DNA of 64,000 nt from Candidatus Omnitrophota bacterium (GTDB lineage Bacteria; Omnitrophota; Gorgyraeia; Gygaellales; Profunditerraquicolaceae): positions 166,900 to 230,899 of the forward strand of contig JBAZKL010000004.1 in assembly GCA_041650835.1 (NCBI GenBank). Direction: 5' to 3'. Numbering within the stretch: position 1 is the first letter of the stretch; each line of letters begins with the position of its first letter. Below are positions 34,700 to 44,934 of this stretch, piece after piece. The position numbers and the translations under genes are program-made. The notes below the pieces were generated by a model. It searched no databases. It had not been told where the DNA came from and saw only the letters and a program-made list of their open reading frames with translations.

Positions 34700-35045
34700 G
34701 ACTTCTTCTATATGTTGCGAAAAACTAGCTAACGAAGATTCCTGCTCGTTCATGAGCGCATAACTTACGCGACCACAGGAAGCGTAAGTTATTTGCGCGA
34801 ATGAATCCCGAGCTCCCCTAACTTTCCCTGTCAGGAGCGAGGGATCTACGTTCATCGCTAACAAAGATTCCTGCTCGTTCTTCTTCGCTCCCCTACCACA
34901 AAAAACTCCGGTGGAGCTTCGAAGGAACCGAGTCAGATGCAACAAAGGCTCCTGCTCGTCAGATGCCTCGCAGGAATCCGCTGTTTTTCTTTAAATGTTG
35001 CGTCAAACCAGCTCGTTGAGGCTGGTTTGACGCTATAGGAAAAAC
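34700..35045. repeat. array of hairpin repeats downstream of tRNA-Ser(GGA) (family E copy 1)
   Basis: repeated gattcctgctcg...cgcaggaatc, ataacttacgc...gcgtaagttat and aaaccagc...gctggttt hairpins; homologous arrays at 44935..45240 and 51650..51972. Confidence 0.8.
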
Positions 35046-35047
35046 AG

Positions 35048-35130
35048 CGGAGAGGCAGGGATTCGAACCCTGGGACCTTGCAGTCACGCGCTCTCCAAGC
35101 GCGCGCATTCGACCACTCTGCCACCTCTCC
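35048..35130 (-). tRNA. tRNA-Ser (anticodon GGA)
   Basis: minus-strand cloverleaf: acceptor GGAGAGG/CCTCTCC, anticodon stem CGCGC/GCGCG with loop TTGGAGA, long variable arm, T-arm CAGGG-TTCGAAT-CCCTG, discriminator G. Confidence 0.85.
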
Positions 35131-35611
35131 AAAGATTTATGAAATAAATCTTTGTCCCGAAGCTTACGCAGAATATTTCTAAAAATTCACCCGCTACCCG
35201 TCTAGAAATTTTTAGAAATATTCAAGTGCTTAAGCAAGGGGCAAAAACCTCACTAATCTATCTTAAAAGATACATCAAATAATACAATTATTTACACCCC
35301 GCGCTTAATAGGTATTGCGCGGGTGCGCCGCTTTCTGCGGCGGATTCCCGCTTTCGCGGGAATGACCAATAGGGTACATACGAGAATGACACAAAGAGCA
35401 ACTTCCCACTTTCGCCAGTCAAAAGGCATAGACGAGTAAACGGGGACGACAAGGAAGTAGATAAAGAATACCAGAATTTCAGGAAAAAAGCAAGCTTTCG
35501 GTTAGCCCAAAGTTAGAAATCAGGCAAAATCAAAGTTTAAAGGCTAAATAACAAAGGAAATTCAAAGATCAAAGGTGCAATTTTAAAATTTAACCTTAAA
35601 CCTTAACCATC

Positions 35612-35887
35612 TTACTTACGCTTATAATACGCGCAGCCGGGATAGGTGGACTCGAATTTAAGGTTTTCACGGATCGGCACGCAGTGGAACACTTTCCCCG
35701 AGACAGTCCTCTGCAACCCTAACCGATGAGCGTAAATCTTACACTTATACTTCCCAGGGCCTGCCTCCTCCAATTGCGAACAAAGATCGCCATCCGCCAA
35801 ACCGCAACACATACCGCAACACTTACACAAACTCTCATGCTCTCTGAACTGCTCTTCTATCTTACGCGCATACGCCTGCTCATCCAT
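35612..35887 (-). CDS. YkgJ-family cysteine-cluster protein
   Basis: CKCCGMCC motif. Confidence 0.6.
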   Translation of the reverse strand: MDEQAYARKIEEQFREHESLCKCCGMCCGLADGDLCSQLEEAGPGKYKCKIYAHRLGLQRTVSGKVFHCVPIRENLKFESTYPGCAYYKRK

Positions 35888-35892
35888 TAATA

Positions 35893-37557
35893 TTACTTCC
35901 TTGCTTTGGCAAGCATATCCTGCGCGTGAGCCAGGGAAATACTGCTCTCCTTCTCCCCGCTCATCATCTTTGCCATTTCCTTGACGCGCTCTTCCTTGCT
36001 CAAAAGCTCGACTATGGTCGTCGTATGATTATCTTTTACCTTCTTATAGACCCGGAAGTGATTTTCCGCGAAAGAGGCGATCTGCGGCAGGTGCGTGATC
36101 AAAATAACCTGCCGGTCGCGTGAGATCTCCTGCAGCTTCTTACCCGTGATCGCGCCTAACCTTCCGCCGATCTGCGCGTCGATCTCATCAAAGATAAGTA
36201 CCGGGATGGGATCCACCTTAGTCAACGCTTTCTTTAAGGCAAGCATAAGCCGCGCTGCCTCACCGGAAGATACGATCTCAGCCAGCGGCTTTAACTCCTC
36301 CCCCGCGTTCGGGCTGATATAAAAACTCACCCCATCCTCTCCCTGGTTGTTCAATTCGACTTTCGAGATCCTGCACTCGAATTGCACATGCACAATACCT
36401 AATTCCGTTAATTCTTTTTCTATCGTCTCCTCGAGAAGCCTGGATGCTTTTTTACGCTGTTTGGTTATTTTCTGCGCGACCTGCTTTAGATCCTTTTCCA
36501 ATTCTTTAATTTCCTGCTGTAACGCCGCGTCATTTTGCTCTAAATTAACCAGGAGTTCATATTTTTGTTTTGCTTCCTGATAAAACCGCGCCGCGTCATC
36601 CAGCCCCGGTCCGTATTTACGCATAATATCCTGATATATATCGCAATTCTTATTTATCTGCTCTGCTTCCTGCGGCTCAAAAGATAAACTTTCCAGATAA
36701 CTGCTTAGTTCCGCGATAAGCTCCTGCGCGTTTTCCTGGATGAGATTCAGCTTCTCCCCGAACTTCTCCGTCGAACTATCGATCTTGTTTAACGTTTTTA
36801 AGGGAGTGAACGCCTGGCTCAAGCCCTGCGCGACACCCGAATCGTCATTTTCCAGCGCGTTAAGCAAAAGGCTGGCACATTCATAAAGCTTAGTAACATT
36901 ATTAAGCCTGGTCTGCTCCTGAAGCAGTTGGTCATACTTTGCTTGCTCAAGCGGGAGCTGCTCTAATTCCTTTACCTGATGCTCCAAAAGATCGCAATCG
37001 CGCTCGCGGGAACTTGCTGCTTCATGCAGGGCTTTTAACTTCGAACGCAGGTCGGAATATTTCTTAAACCCAACGGTATATTCTTCTCTTAACTTCCCGA
37101 GATCAGTGAGGCGGTCAAGTATCGCCAGGTGCGAATCAGCCGACAAAAGCATCTGATGGTCGTTGGGACCGTGGAAATCAACCAGGTGGTTGCCTAACTC
37201 TTTTAATTGCGCCAGGGTGACCGCGAAGCCATTGACCTTTATCTTTTTCTTCCCGTCAGGGGCGTGCGTGCGGTTAATGATCAGGCTCTTCTCACCATCA
37301 GGCAAATACTCAGAAAAAAGCTCGTTTTCCCGCAGCTCTTTATCCACCAGCTCGAAAACAACTTCCACCGCGCAGGAAAGCGCGGGGTTACGTATCTGTG
37401 AAGCGTTCAGCTGATCGCCCAAGGCGTAGCGCAGGGCGTCAATAATGATCGACTTGCCCGCGCCGGTCTCACCGGTAAGGATATTTAATTTATCGCAGAA
37501 TTCCAAAGATAAATTATCGATCAGCCCGAAGTTTTGTATGGTGAGTTGTGTGACCAT
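35893..37557 (-). CDS. recN: DNA repair protein RecN
   Basis: ILTGETGAGKSIIIDAL Walker A, coiled coil, C-terminal ABC signature; 554 aa. Confidence 0.9.
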   Translation of the reverse strand: MVTQLTIQNFGLIDNLSLEFCDKLNILTGETGAGKSIIIDALRYALGDQLNASQIRNPALSCAVEVVFELVDKELRENELFSEYLPDGEKSLIINRTHAPDGKKKIKVNGFAVTLAQLKELGNHLVDFHGPNDHQMLLSADSHLAILDRLTDLGKLREEYTVGFKKYSDLRSKLKALHEAASSRERDCDLLEHQVKELEQLPLEQAKYDQLLQEQTRLNNVTKLYECASLLLNALENDDSGVAQGLSQAFTPLKTLNKIDSSTEKFGEKLNLIQENAQELIAELSSYLESLSFEPQEAEQINKNCDIYQDIMRKYGPGLDDAARFYQEAKQKYELLVNLEQNDAALQQEIKELEKDLKQVAQKITKQRKKASRLLEETIEKELTELGIVHVQFECRISKVELNNQGEDGVSFYISPNAGEELKPLAEIVSSGEAARLMLALKKALTKVDPIPVLIFDEIDAQIGGRLGAITGKKLQEISRDRQVILITHLPQIASFAENHFRVYKKVKDNHTTTIVELLSKEERVKEMAKMMSGEKESSISLAHAQDMLAKARK

Positions 37558-38177
37558 GAGGTGAGTTCCGCAAGGTACTGTTTTATACTTTTACCGATAC
37601 TATCGAAATCTTTTTTATCTAACCACTCTCTTTTAAAGACGCTGGCGCCAAAGCTTACCGCGCTGGCACCGCTTGAGAAATACGCTTTCATATTATCCGG
37701 CCTGACCCCGGAGCACGCCAGCAGTTCGATATCTTCAAAAGGGCCCTTGATCTCCTTAAAATAATCCGGCCCGAAGAACTTCGCGGGGAAGACCTTTACC
37801 ATAGTTGCTCCCGCCTGCCAGGCATTAAAGATCTCCTGAGGAGTAAGCGCGCCAGGGAACGCCGGGATCTTTTGCTTCTTACAGTAAGCAGTGACATCCG
37901 CCACCAGTGAAGGCATGACGATAAACGTGGCGCCCACCTCTAGTGCAGACTTCAAACTGTCCATGCTTAAGACCGTCCCTGCCCCAACCATCAAACGATT
38001 GCCAGCGGACTTAACTGCCTGATGGATCACTGCCGCGGCATCTTTGGTATTCATGGTTATCTCAATGGTCTCTAAACCTGAATCAATAACCGTTTCCACC
38101 AAAGGGCTTATCTCATCGAGCCTAACGCCCCGCATAATGCCCATAATGGGCTTATTTTTAAAACGCGCGACATCCAT
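37521..38177 (-). CDS. eda: KDPG / KHG aldolase (Eda family)
   Basis: MGIMRG...IEITMNT...VGAGTV...K-containing motifs of 2-dehydro-3-deoxyphosphogluconate aldolase; start may be the internal Met. Confidence 0.75.
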   Translation of the reverse strand: MDVARFKNKPIMGIMRGVRLDEISPLVETVIDSGLETIEITMNTKDAAAVIHQAVKSAGNRLMVGAGTVLSMDSLKSALEVGATFIVMPSLVADVTAYCKKQKIPAFPGALTPQEIFNAWQAGATMVKVFPAKFFGPDYFKEIKGPFEDIELLACSGVRPDNMKAYFSSGASAVSFGASVFKREWLDKKDFDSIGKSIKQYLAELTSWSHNSPYKTSG

Positions 38178-38179
38178 CG

Positions 38180-39130
38180 TTAATCCTGGTCATGAGCTAC
38201 CAGGCTCTCGTAAAACTCGCGGTAATTTTCTTTTTTATCGCTGTCCCTCAGCGCCATTGCCGCGCGGGGATGCTCATCAAGCATACCGACGATAGCATAG
38301 GGGATAATATAGCCCCATTCCAGCTTTTCCCGCAGGGGAACGAATTCTTTAGATATTAAATCCAGGATAGGCCGGATATCATACTTAGGGTTCTTCAGAA
38401 AACCGATCATCAGCTCCAACGGACAGTTACCGGCTGCCCTTCCGAGCCCGTAAACCGTAGCATCGATATAATTGGCGTCATGGATGATCGCTTCAATAGA
38501 ATTACTGAAAGCCAGCTGCTGGTTATTATGAGCGTGGAAACCGACCTCTTTTGTTTTAAGGATACTTTTGAATTTCTTGACCAGGAATTCCGTTGTCTCC
38601 TGGTATAACGCGCCAAAGCTGTCGACGATATAAATAGTGCCGGCTTTACATTCCTCTTCCAACTGATGCAGCGCCTCATTCAATTCGTTATCCAGCGCGC
38701 GGGAGATAGCCATGATATTAACGCAGGTTTCATAGCCCTTATCCGCGAAGTTGTTCACTAAAAATATCGCCTTATCGATATCTTTGACATAGGCGGCGAC
38801 GCGGATCATGTCAACGGGGCTGTCTTTCTTTTTCTTGATATCATCGACATCAACGCGGTCAACATCGACCATGACCGAGATCTTGGTCTTGGATTTGATG
38901 CCGTCAGTGACCTTTTTGATCACTTCGTCATCGCAAAACTTCCATTTTCCGTATTGTTCCGCTGAAAAAAGCTTTTTGGAGTTCTTATAGCCGATCTCCA
39001 TGTAATCCACGCCGGCCTCCGATACCCCTTTAAAGACCTCGCGGACAAAACGGTCGTCGAAATCATGGTTATTGATCAATCCGCCGTCGCGGATAGTGCA
39101 ATCCAATACCTTAATCTTTTCCCGGAACAT
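38180..39130 (-). CDS. HMGL-like (pyruvate carboxyltransferase domain) aldolase family protein
   Basis: N-terminal LDCTIRDGG motif of the DRE-TIM metallolyase family. Confidence 0.65.
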   Translation of the reverse strand: MFREKIKVLDCTIRDGGLINNHDFDDRFVREVFKGVSEAGVDYMEIGYKNSKKLFSAEQYGKWKFCDDEVIKKVTDGIKSKTKISVMVDVDRVDVDDIKKKKDSPVDMIRVAAYVKDIDKAIFLVNNFADKGYETCVNIMAISRALDNELNEALHQLEEECKAGTIYIVDSFGALYQETTEFLVKKFKSILKTKEVGFHAHNNQQLAFSNSIEAIIHDANYIDATVYGLGRAAGNCPLELMIGFLKNPKYDIRPILDLISKEFVPLREKLEWGYIIPYAIVGMLDEHPRAAMALRDSDKKENYREFYESLVAHDQD

Positions 39131-39378
39131 GACTCCTCCTTGTTTATTTAAACTATTTGCGGGATTTAATGTAGTGAAAGGTTATTATACCAAAATTCGG
39201 GGGGTATGGGTATTAAAATAAGTATGGGATTAGCTCATGTTAATGAAAAAGTCTAAAGGTTAAATAACCAAGGAAACTCAAAGATCAAAGGTTCAATTTT
39301 AAAATTTAATCTTAAACCTTTAACCTTCCTTTGTTATTTAAACTTTAGCCTTTAAACTTACCTTATTCTATTTGTTTT

Positions 39379-39738
39379 CTAAACAGATACTTCCCTACAG
39401 GCAACGATATTTGCTCCCAAACCCAGGAAATTCTTGCAGATGACCTCTCCTGTTTTAAGCGGCTTGGCCACTTTGATCTTCTTGAGCTCACCAGCCGCCT
39501 CTTTTATTTTGCTCTTGGGGATAGGACGATCGGTCTTTATAGGCACCATCTTGATAGACAAGCCGCTCGCCGTAACAGTCGAAGTCAGGACGCGCATAGG
39601 ATGCTCGATCTCTAAACAAGCGTATTTCTCTCCCTTAGGGCATTTATTGCCGTTGACCCTCTTGACCTTCTCACCCTCGATCTCAACCAGTAAACTGCAT
39701 CCCTTCGGGCATTCAATACAGGTAAGGTTCTTCTTCAT
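39379..39738 (-). CDS. DUF1667 domain protein
   Basis: CIECPKGC...GNKCPKGEKYA pattern and conserved position downstream of GlpA-like/NAD(P)-FAD oxidoreductase pair. Confidence 0.65.
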   Translation of the reverse strand: MKKNLTCIECPKGCSLLVEIEGEKVKRVNGNKCPKGEKYACLEIEHPMRVLTSTVTASGLSIKMVPIKTDRPIPKSKIKEAAGELKKIKVAKPLKTGEVICKNFLGLGANIVACREVSV

Positions 39739-40712
39739 TTCATGCTCCTGATATAGTGCGCGGCGAGGCGGCCCGCGGATTCACTGTCGCTGGTCACTGA
39801 ATCCACCAGGTCATAAACTTTATAAGCGTTGCCGCAAACAAACAATCCCGGGATAGAGGTCTTATTGACCTCATGAGAAACTGGAGAATTCGTTTTCTTA
39901 TCGATAGCAACCCCCGCCATCTCGATCAACTCGTTTTCCGGGATCAAGCCCACGGAAATTAAAAGCGTATCGCAGGGGATATCAAATTCAGTCCCCGCGA
40001 TATCATTGCCGGACGGGTCGACTTTTGCCACACGCACCTTGGAAACCCTGTCCTTGCCGTAGATCTTTACTATCTTATGGCTCAAATACATCGGGATATC
40101 AAAATCTTCGATACATTGCACCACGTTACGCACCAGGCCCCTGCTCTGCTTCTGGATCTCGACAACCGCTAAAACATGCGCGCCTTCCAGGATAAACCTG
40201 CGCGCCATGATCAATCCTATATCGCCTGAACCGACCACCACCACTTCATTACCGGGCAGGAGCCCTTCAATATTGATCAGCTTCTGCGCGAGTCCCGCGG
40301 AGAATATTCCCGCGGGCCTTGTCCCGGGAATATGCACCATCTCCCGCGTGCGTTCCCTGCAACCTGTTGCCATGATTATGGATTTAGCGCTGACCTCTTC
40401 TAATTCTCCCGGCTTTAAATACGTCACTACTAAATCGTTCGTCAAATTCACCACAAACGACCTCAAACTAATTTCGATGGACTTAAAGGCCTTGATCTCT
40501 TTAATAAACCTTTCGGCATATTCAGGGCCGGTAAGGATCTCTTTAAAATAATCGGCGCCAAAACCGGGATGGATACATTGATTCAATATTCCTCCGAGGA
40601 ATTGGTCACGTTCTAAAAGCAGGATATCCTTGACCCCCGCTTCACGCGCTGCAAGCGCCGCAGCCATGCCCGCGGGGCCGCCTCCGACTATCACTAAATC
40701 GCGTTTAATCAT
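39735..40712 (-). CDS. NAD(P)/FAD-dependent oxidoreductase
   Basis: LVIVGGGPAG dinucleotide-binding motif plus second VVVVGSGDIG motif. Confidence 0.75.
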   Translation of the reverse strand: MIKRDLVIVGGGPAGMAAALAAREAGVKDILLLERDQFLGGILNQCIHPGFGADYFKEILTGPEYAERFIKEIKAFKSIEISLRSFVVNLTNDLVVTYLKPGELEEVSAKSIIMATGCRERTREMVHIPGTRPAGIFSAGLAQKLINIEGLLPGNEVVVVGSGDIGLIMARRFILEGAHVLAVVEIQKQSRGLVRNVVQCIEDFDIPMYLSHKIVKIYGKDRVSKVRVAKVDPSGNDIAGTEFDIPCDTLLISVGLIPENELIEMAGVAIDKKTNSPVSHEVNKTSIPGLFVCGNAYKVYDLVDSVTSDSESAGRLAAHYIRSMK

Positions 40713-42159
40713 GCGCCTTATCCTTTATCACGATCTCTGAACCGGCTCCCCGTTTGGTCACGGCAGTCAAAGGTATTTTTAATTCCTCGGAAATGATCTT
40801 CATGATCCTGGTAGTGCAAAAGCTGCCGTGGCACCTGCCTGCCTGCGCGCGCGTGCGGAATTTAACCCCATCGAGGGTTTTCGCGCCCCGGCTAACCGCG
40901 TCTTTTATTTCCTTGGCTGAGACCATTTCACAACGGCAGACTATATCCCCGTAGCTTTCATCCTGATGGATCAGTTTTTTAGTTTCGGAAAACGGTATCG
41001 CGAAAAGATGCGTGGTTTTTTCGCGTGACTTATGAAAAACCGCCTTTTTCCTTAATGCCAGCCCATGCTTTTTTAAAATACCGCTTACCATAAGGGCGAT
41101 CGCGGGAGAGGCGGTCAATCCGGGCGATTGAATGCCGGCGATAGTGATAAACCCGGGCATTTCATCCTCATGCCTGATGATGAAATCGTCGCTGACAACC
41201 GGGCGTAAACCGGAAAAATAAGCGATAATATCGTTTTCGTCAAGCGAAGGTACCAGCTTGCGCGCGGACTCAAAGACTTTTTTGCGGCCTGCCTCGGTCG
41301 TCGAAAGGTCCTCTTTATCCTCCACCATTTCCGCGGTCGGGCCGATCATAGGATTGCCGTCGGCGGTCTTAATGATCAAAATACCTTTACTTGTCTTCGT
41401 AGGCAAAGGAAAGAGCAAGCGGTTAGTTAAATACTGTTTTTTCTTATCTAAAATAAATTCTTCCCCCTTACGCGCGCAGACCGTGAAATCGCAGCAGCCG
41501 ACCATTCGAGAGATATCGTCCGCGTAAAGGCCGGCGGCATTAACTACGTAACGCGCCTGGTAAGTTTTCCTGCCGCTCAAGATCTCAAAATAAGGTTTAA
41601 ACTGCGTTTGAGGATGCTTGAACCAAAAGATATTATCTACTTTCGTTTTCAAGAAGATCCGCACGCCGTTCTTCACGGCGTTCTCAGCCAGGTCATAAAC
41701 CAGGCGATAGGGACTGATGATACCCGCCGTAGGCGCGTATAAGGCGGCGAGCGCTTTTTTATTCAAGTTCGGCTCATTCTTCCTGAGCCAAGATTGCCCG
41801 ACGATCTCTAAGCGCGGCACACCCAGCAGGCGGCCCTCTTTTTTAAGCGCGTGGAGCCGCTTGAGCTCCTCTTTGGTGAACGCCACCACCAACTCCCCTA
41901 CTTCTTTAAAATCAACGCCTAATTCCCGGGCGATCCCCCTGATCAAACGGTTCCCCCGCACGCATAAAGTACCCTTTAAAGAACCGGGCGGATGCTGTAT
42001 TCCCGGATGAATGATACCGGAATTAGATTTAGAAACGCCGAACGCCGGCTCTTCTTCTTTTTCGAGCAGCGCTATGGTGAGCTTATACCGGGAGAGCTCC
42101 CGGGCGATCGAAGTGCCCACCACTCCGCCGCCGATGACCGCTACATCAAATATTTCCAT
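40705..42159 (-). CDS. FAD-dependent glycerol-3-phosphate dehydrogenase/oxidase-like (GlpA family) with C-terminal BFD-like [2Fe-2S] domain
   Basis: FDVAVIGGGVVGTSIARELS FAD motif; C-terminal CRCEMVSAKEI...GRCHGSFC. Confidence 0.8.
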   Translation of the reverse strand: MEIFDVAVIGGGVVGTSIARELSRYKLTIALLEKEEEPAFGVSKSNSGIIHPGIQHPPGSLKGTLCVRGNRLIRGIARELGVDFKEVGELVVAFTKEELKRLHALKKEGRLLGVPRLEIVGQSWLRKNEPNLNKKALAALYAPTAGIISPYRLVYDLAENAVKNGVRIFLKTKVDNIFWFKHPQTQFKPYFEILSGRKTYQARYVVNAAGLYADDISRMVGCCDFTVCARKGEEFILDKKKQYLTNRLLFPLPTKTSKGILIIKTADGNPMIGPTAEMVEDKEDLSTTEAGRKKVFESARKLVPSLDENDIIAYFSGLRPVVSDDFIIRHEDEMPGFITIAGIQSPGLTASPAIALMVSGILKKHGLALRKKAVFHKSREKTTHLFAIPFSETKKLIHQDESYGDIVCRCEMVSAKEIKDAVSRGAKTLDGVKFRTRAQAGRCHGSFCTTRIMKIISEELKIPLTAVTKRGAGSEIVIKDKAHD

Positions 42160-42170
42160 ATGTCCTTGCC

Positions 42171-43664
42171 TTATTTCCCGGGATAGCTTGAGAGCGTACG
42201 CTTAACCGCGTTTAACCATCCCTGGTACAAACCAAGCGCTTTTTGCGCAGACATCGTGCGTTTAAAAACCCTGTCTTTCTGCCAGCACTTTTTTATTTCG
42301 CCGGTATTCTTCCAATATTTTATTGCCAGGCCCGCCAGGTATGCCGCCCCCAGAGAAGTCGTCTCTATCACCTTAGGCCTGACCACTTGAATACCCAGTA
42401 TATCCGCCTGGAACTGCAGGAGGAAATCATTCCTGACCGCTCCTCCGTCAACCTTCATATCTTTGATCTTCAGCCCGGAATCTTTGCGCATTGCATCCAG
42501 CACGTCTTTGGTCTGATAACACATAGCTTCTAAGGCTGCCCGCGCGAAATGCGCTTTAGTCGCCCCGCGGGTAAGGCCAAAAATGGCTCCCCGCGCGTTC
42601 TGGTCCCAATACGGAGCTCCCAACCCCACCAGCGCCGGCACAAAATAAACCCCTTCGTTATCTTTTAACGATACCGCCAACTTCTCCGATCCCGCCGCGG
42701 TTTTCAGTATCTTTAGCCCGTCTCTGAGCCACTGTAGCGCCGAACCCGCGATAAAAACCGCCCCTTCCAACACATAAACCGGCTCCGCCGCCGCGCCGCA
42801 GCCCAGCGTCGTGATCAAGCCATTCTTCGAAACAGGACGCTTTCGTCCGGCATTTAAAAGCATGAAGCAGCCGGTGCCATAGGTATTCTTTATTGTGCCG
42901 GGTTCAAAACAAGCCTCACCGAAGAGCGCCGCCTGCTGGTCGCCGGCAATACCTGATATCGGGACCCCGCCGGGCAACCTGCCCATTTTAATTGTCCAGC
43001 CGAACAAGCCGGAAGATCTCTTCACCTGGGGCAGCATTTGTTTAGGAATAGCGAATCTCTTTAAGATCGCCTCATCCCAGTCCAATGCTTCAATATTAAA
43101 AAGCATGGTCCGGGAAGCGTTGGTGTAATCGGTTGCGTGCGCCCGGCCGCCGGAGAGCTTCCATAAGATCCAGGTGTCGCTGGTGCCGAAGATGAGCTCA
43201 TTCTTCCCCGCTTTTTCCCGGGCGCCGGGGACATTCTTTAAGATCCATTCTATTTTTGTCGCGCTGAAATACGCGTCGATAGGCAGCCCTGTCTTTCTTT
43301 TAAAGAATTCAGCTTCGCCTTTTTTCGCTTTAAGCTCATCGCAGCGCGCCGCGGTCCTGCGGCACTGCCAGACGATAGCGCGGTAAACGGGCTCCCCTGT
43401 GTTCTTATCCCAGATAATGGTAGTTTCACGCTGATTGGTGATACCGATCGCAGCGATCGAGCCTTGCGGGACGGCTTTTAAGACTTTTTGGATTGATCCA
43501 TAAACGCTCTCCCATATTTCTTCAGGGTCATGCTCGACCCATCCGGGTGAGGGGAAATATTGTTTAAACTCCCGGTAAGCGCTGACAATTATTCTGCCGG
43601 TTTTATCATAGACCACCGCGCGGCTGCCGGTCGTCCCCTGGTCGATAGCGAGTATATATTTCAT
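42171..43664 (-). CDS. glpK: glycerol kinase
   Basis: YILAIDQGTTGSRAVVYD...GWVEHDPEEIW FGGY-kinase N-terminus; 497 aa. Confidence 0.9.
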   Translation of the reverse strand: MKYILAIDQGTTGSRAVVYDKTGRIIVSAYREFKQYFPSPGWVEHDPEEIWESVYGSIQKVLKAVPQGSIAAIGITNQRETTIIWDKNTGEPVYRAIVWQCRRTAARCDELKAKKGEAEFFKRKTGLPIDAYFSATKIEWILKNVPGAREKAGKNELIFGTSDTWILWKLSGGRAHATDYTNASRTMLFNIEALDWDEAILKRFAIPKQMLPQVKRSSGLFGWTIKMGRLPGGVPISGIAGDQQAALFGEACFEPGTIKNTYGTGCFMLLNAGRKRPVSKNGLITTLGCGAAAEPVYVLEGAVFIAGSALQWLRDGLKILKTAAGSEKLAVSLKDNEGVYFVPALVGLGAPYWDQNARGAIFGLTRGATKAHFARAALEAMCYQTKDVLDAMRKDSGLKIKDMKVDGGAVRNDFLLQFQADILGIQVVRPKVIETTSLGAAYLAGLAIKYWKNTGEIKKCWQKDRVFKRTMSAQKALGLYQGWLNAVKRTLSSYPGK

Positions 43665-44485
43665 CCTGCCTTTTTACGTTCTATTTCTTTCTCAAGCCAA
43701 ACGCGCATATCTTCAAAAACCTTATCCCTGCCTGATTCTATGGGAAGCGCATGGTACATATCCGGGTATTCGATCAATTGTTTATCTTTAGCCCTTATTC
43801 TTTTAAAGATCATTTTACTCGTTGCCGGATCAACTAACATATCCTTACCCGCGACAAGGAAAAGCGCGGGGTCTTTAAACCTACCCAAGAATAATTCTAC
43901 CCGTATCTGCCAAAGCAGGCTATTAACCAGGAGTTTGGCGGTAGCAAAGCGGTGCTCCCGCGGGTCAAGGTCCATCATTTTCTGATACGCGGCATCGCCG
44001 GTACACATTCGCGCGTCAAAAGGCATTTTAAACTGTTTACGCGGGTTAAGGAAGAAATCGTAGAAGACCTCCCCGTAGACCATGAAGGTGAACTTAAGCC
44101 TGCTGGCAAATGCCGGAGAAATACAAACTATCCCCTCGAACATCGCGGGATGAAGTATCGCCATATTGAAAGCGATCAAGCCTCCCAGGCTTTCTCCGAC
44201 GAGAAAAACTTTTACGCCCGGGTTTTCACGTTTAATAATAGCCAAAAGGCTGGAGATATCGGAAAAGTAAGTTTTGAACGAATCGATGTGGCCTTTTAAA
44301 CCTTGAGTCAGGCCGAATCCTTGTAGTTCAAGCGAATAAGAAGAAATGCTGTGTTGCCGGAAGAAATGCGCTAAGTAGCCCCAACGGCCGCTATGGCCGC
44401 CCAGGCCGTGAATAAGCAATAATACGGCTTGAGGGGATGCAACAGTCCATTGCCGATAGATAATGCCTGTCTTCGCATCTTGCAT
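43661..44485 (-). CDS. alpha/beta hydrolase (lysophospholipase / monoacylglycerol lipase-like)
   Basis: LLLIHGLGGHSGRW and nucleophile elbow GESLGG. Confidence 0.75.
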   Translation of the reverse strand: MQDAKTGIIYRQWTVASPQAVLLLIHGLGGHSGRWGYLAHFFRQHSISSYSLELQGFGLTQGLKGHIDSFKTYFSDISSLLAIIKRENPGVKVFLVGESLGGLIAFNMAILHPAMFEGIVCISPAFASRLKFTFMVYGEVFYDFFLNPRKQFKMPFDARMCTGDAAYQKMMDLDPREHRFATAKLLVNSLLWQIRVELFLGRFKDPALFLVAGKDMLVDPATSKMIFKRIRAKDKQLIEYPDMYHALPIESGRDKVFEDMRVWLEKEIERKKAG

Positions 44486-44934
44486 GGCTTTATCTTATCA
44501 TATTTAACACCGTCTGCAAAGCTAATCTCGCAGCTCCCCTCCTCATAAAGAAAACGGGGACGTTTAAACGTCCCCGTAACGATATTTTATCTAATATCCA
44601 TAACCGCAGCCCGGGTTTAAACCCGGGCTGCGGGGTACGAATAACGCCGGGTATTCCAATCTCTAGATGCCCGCTTAGAGCCGAGTGAACATGCTTGCCC
44701 CGTTAGAAACGCAGTTTCTAACGGGGCGGGCATGACAACAAGAGCGTCATTCCCGGTCTCTAAGATAGCTATAAGCGGGAATCTGCGGCAGCAAGCCGCA
44801 CACCCGCGCAGTACAGATTAGCGCGGGGTGACGCTTCTTAGATGCCCGATTAAAGCATTCGGGCATGACAAGAGACCGGGTTACTTAACAAAAAGGGACT
44901 TTCTCTTTAAGAAAGTCCCTTTTTCATATTACTG

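Noticed and set aside
34700-35045. Possible CRISPR array near the tRNA-Ser genes (also 44935..45240 and 51650..51972)
   Set aside because: Repeats are several different hairpin types with irregular spacing (about 90-130 bp) and no unique spacers or cas genes; better explained as tRNA-associated hairpin/MITE arrays.
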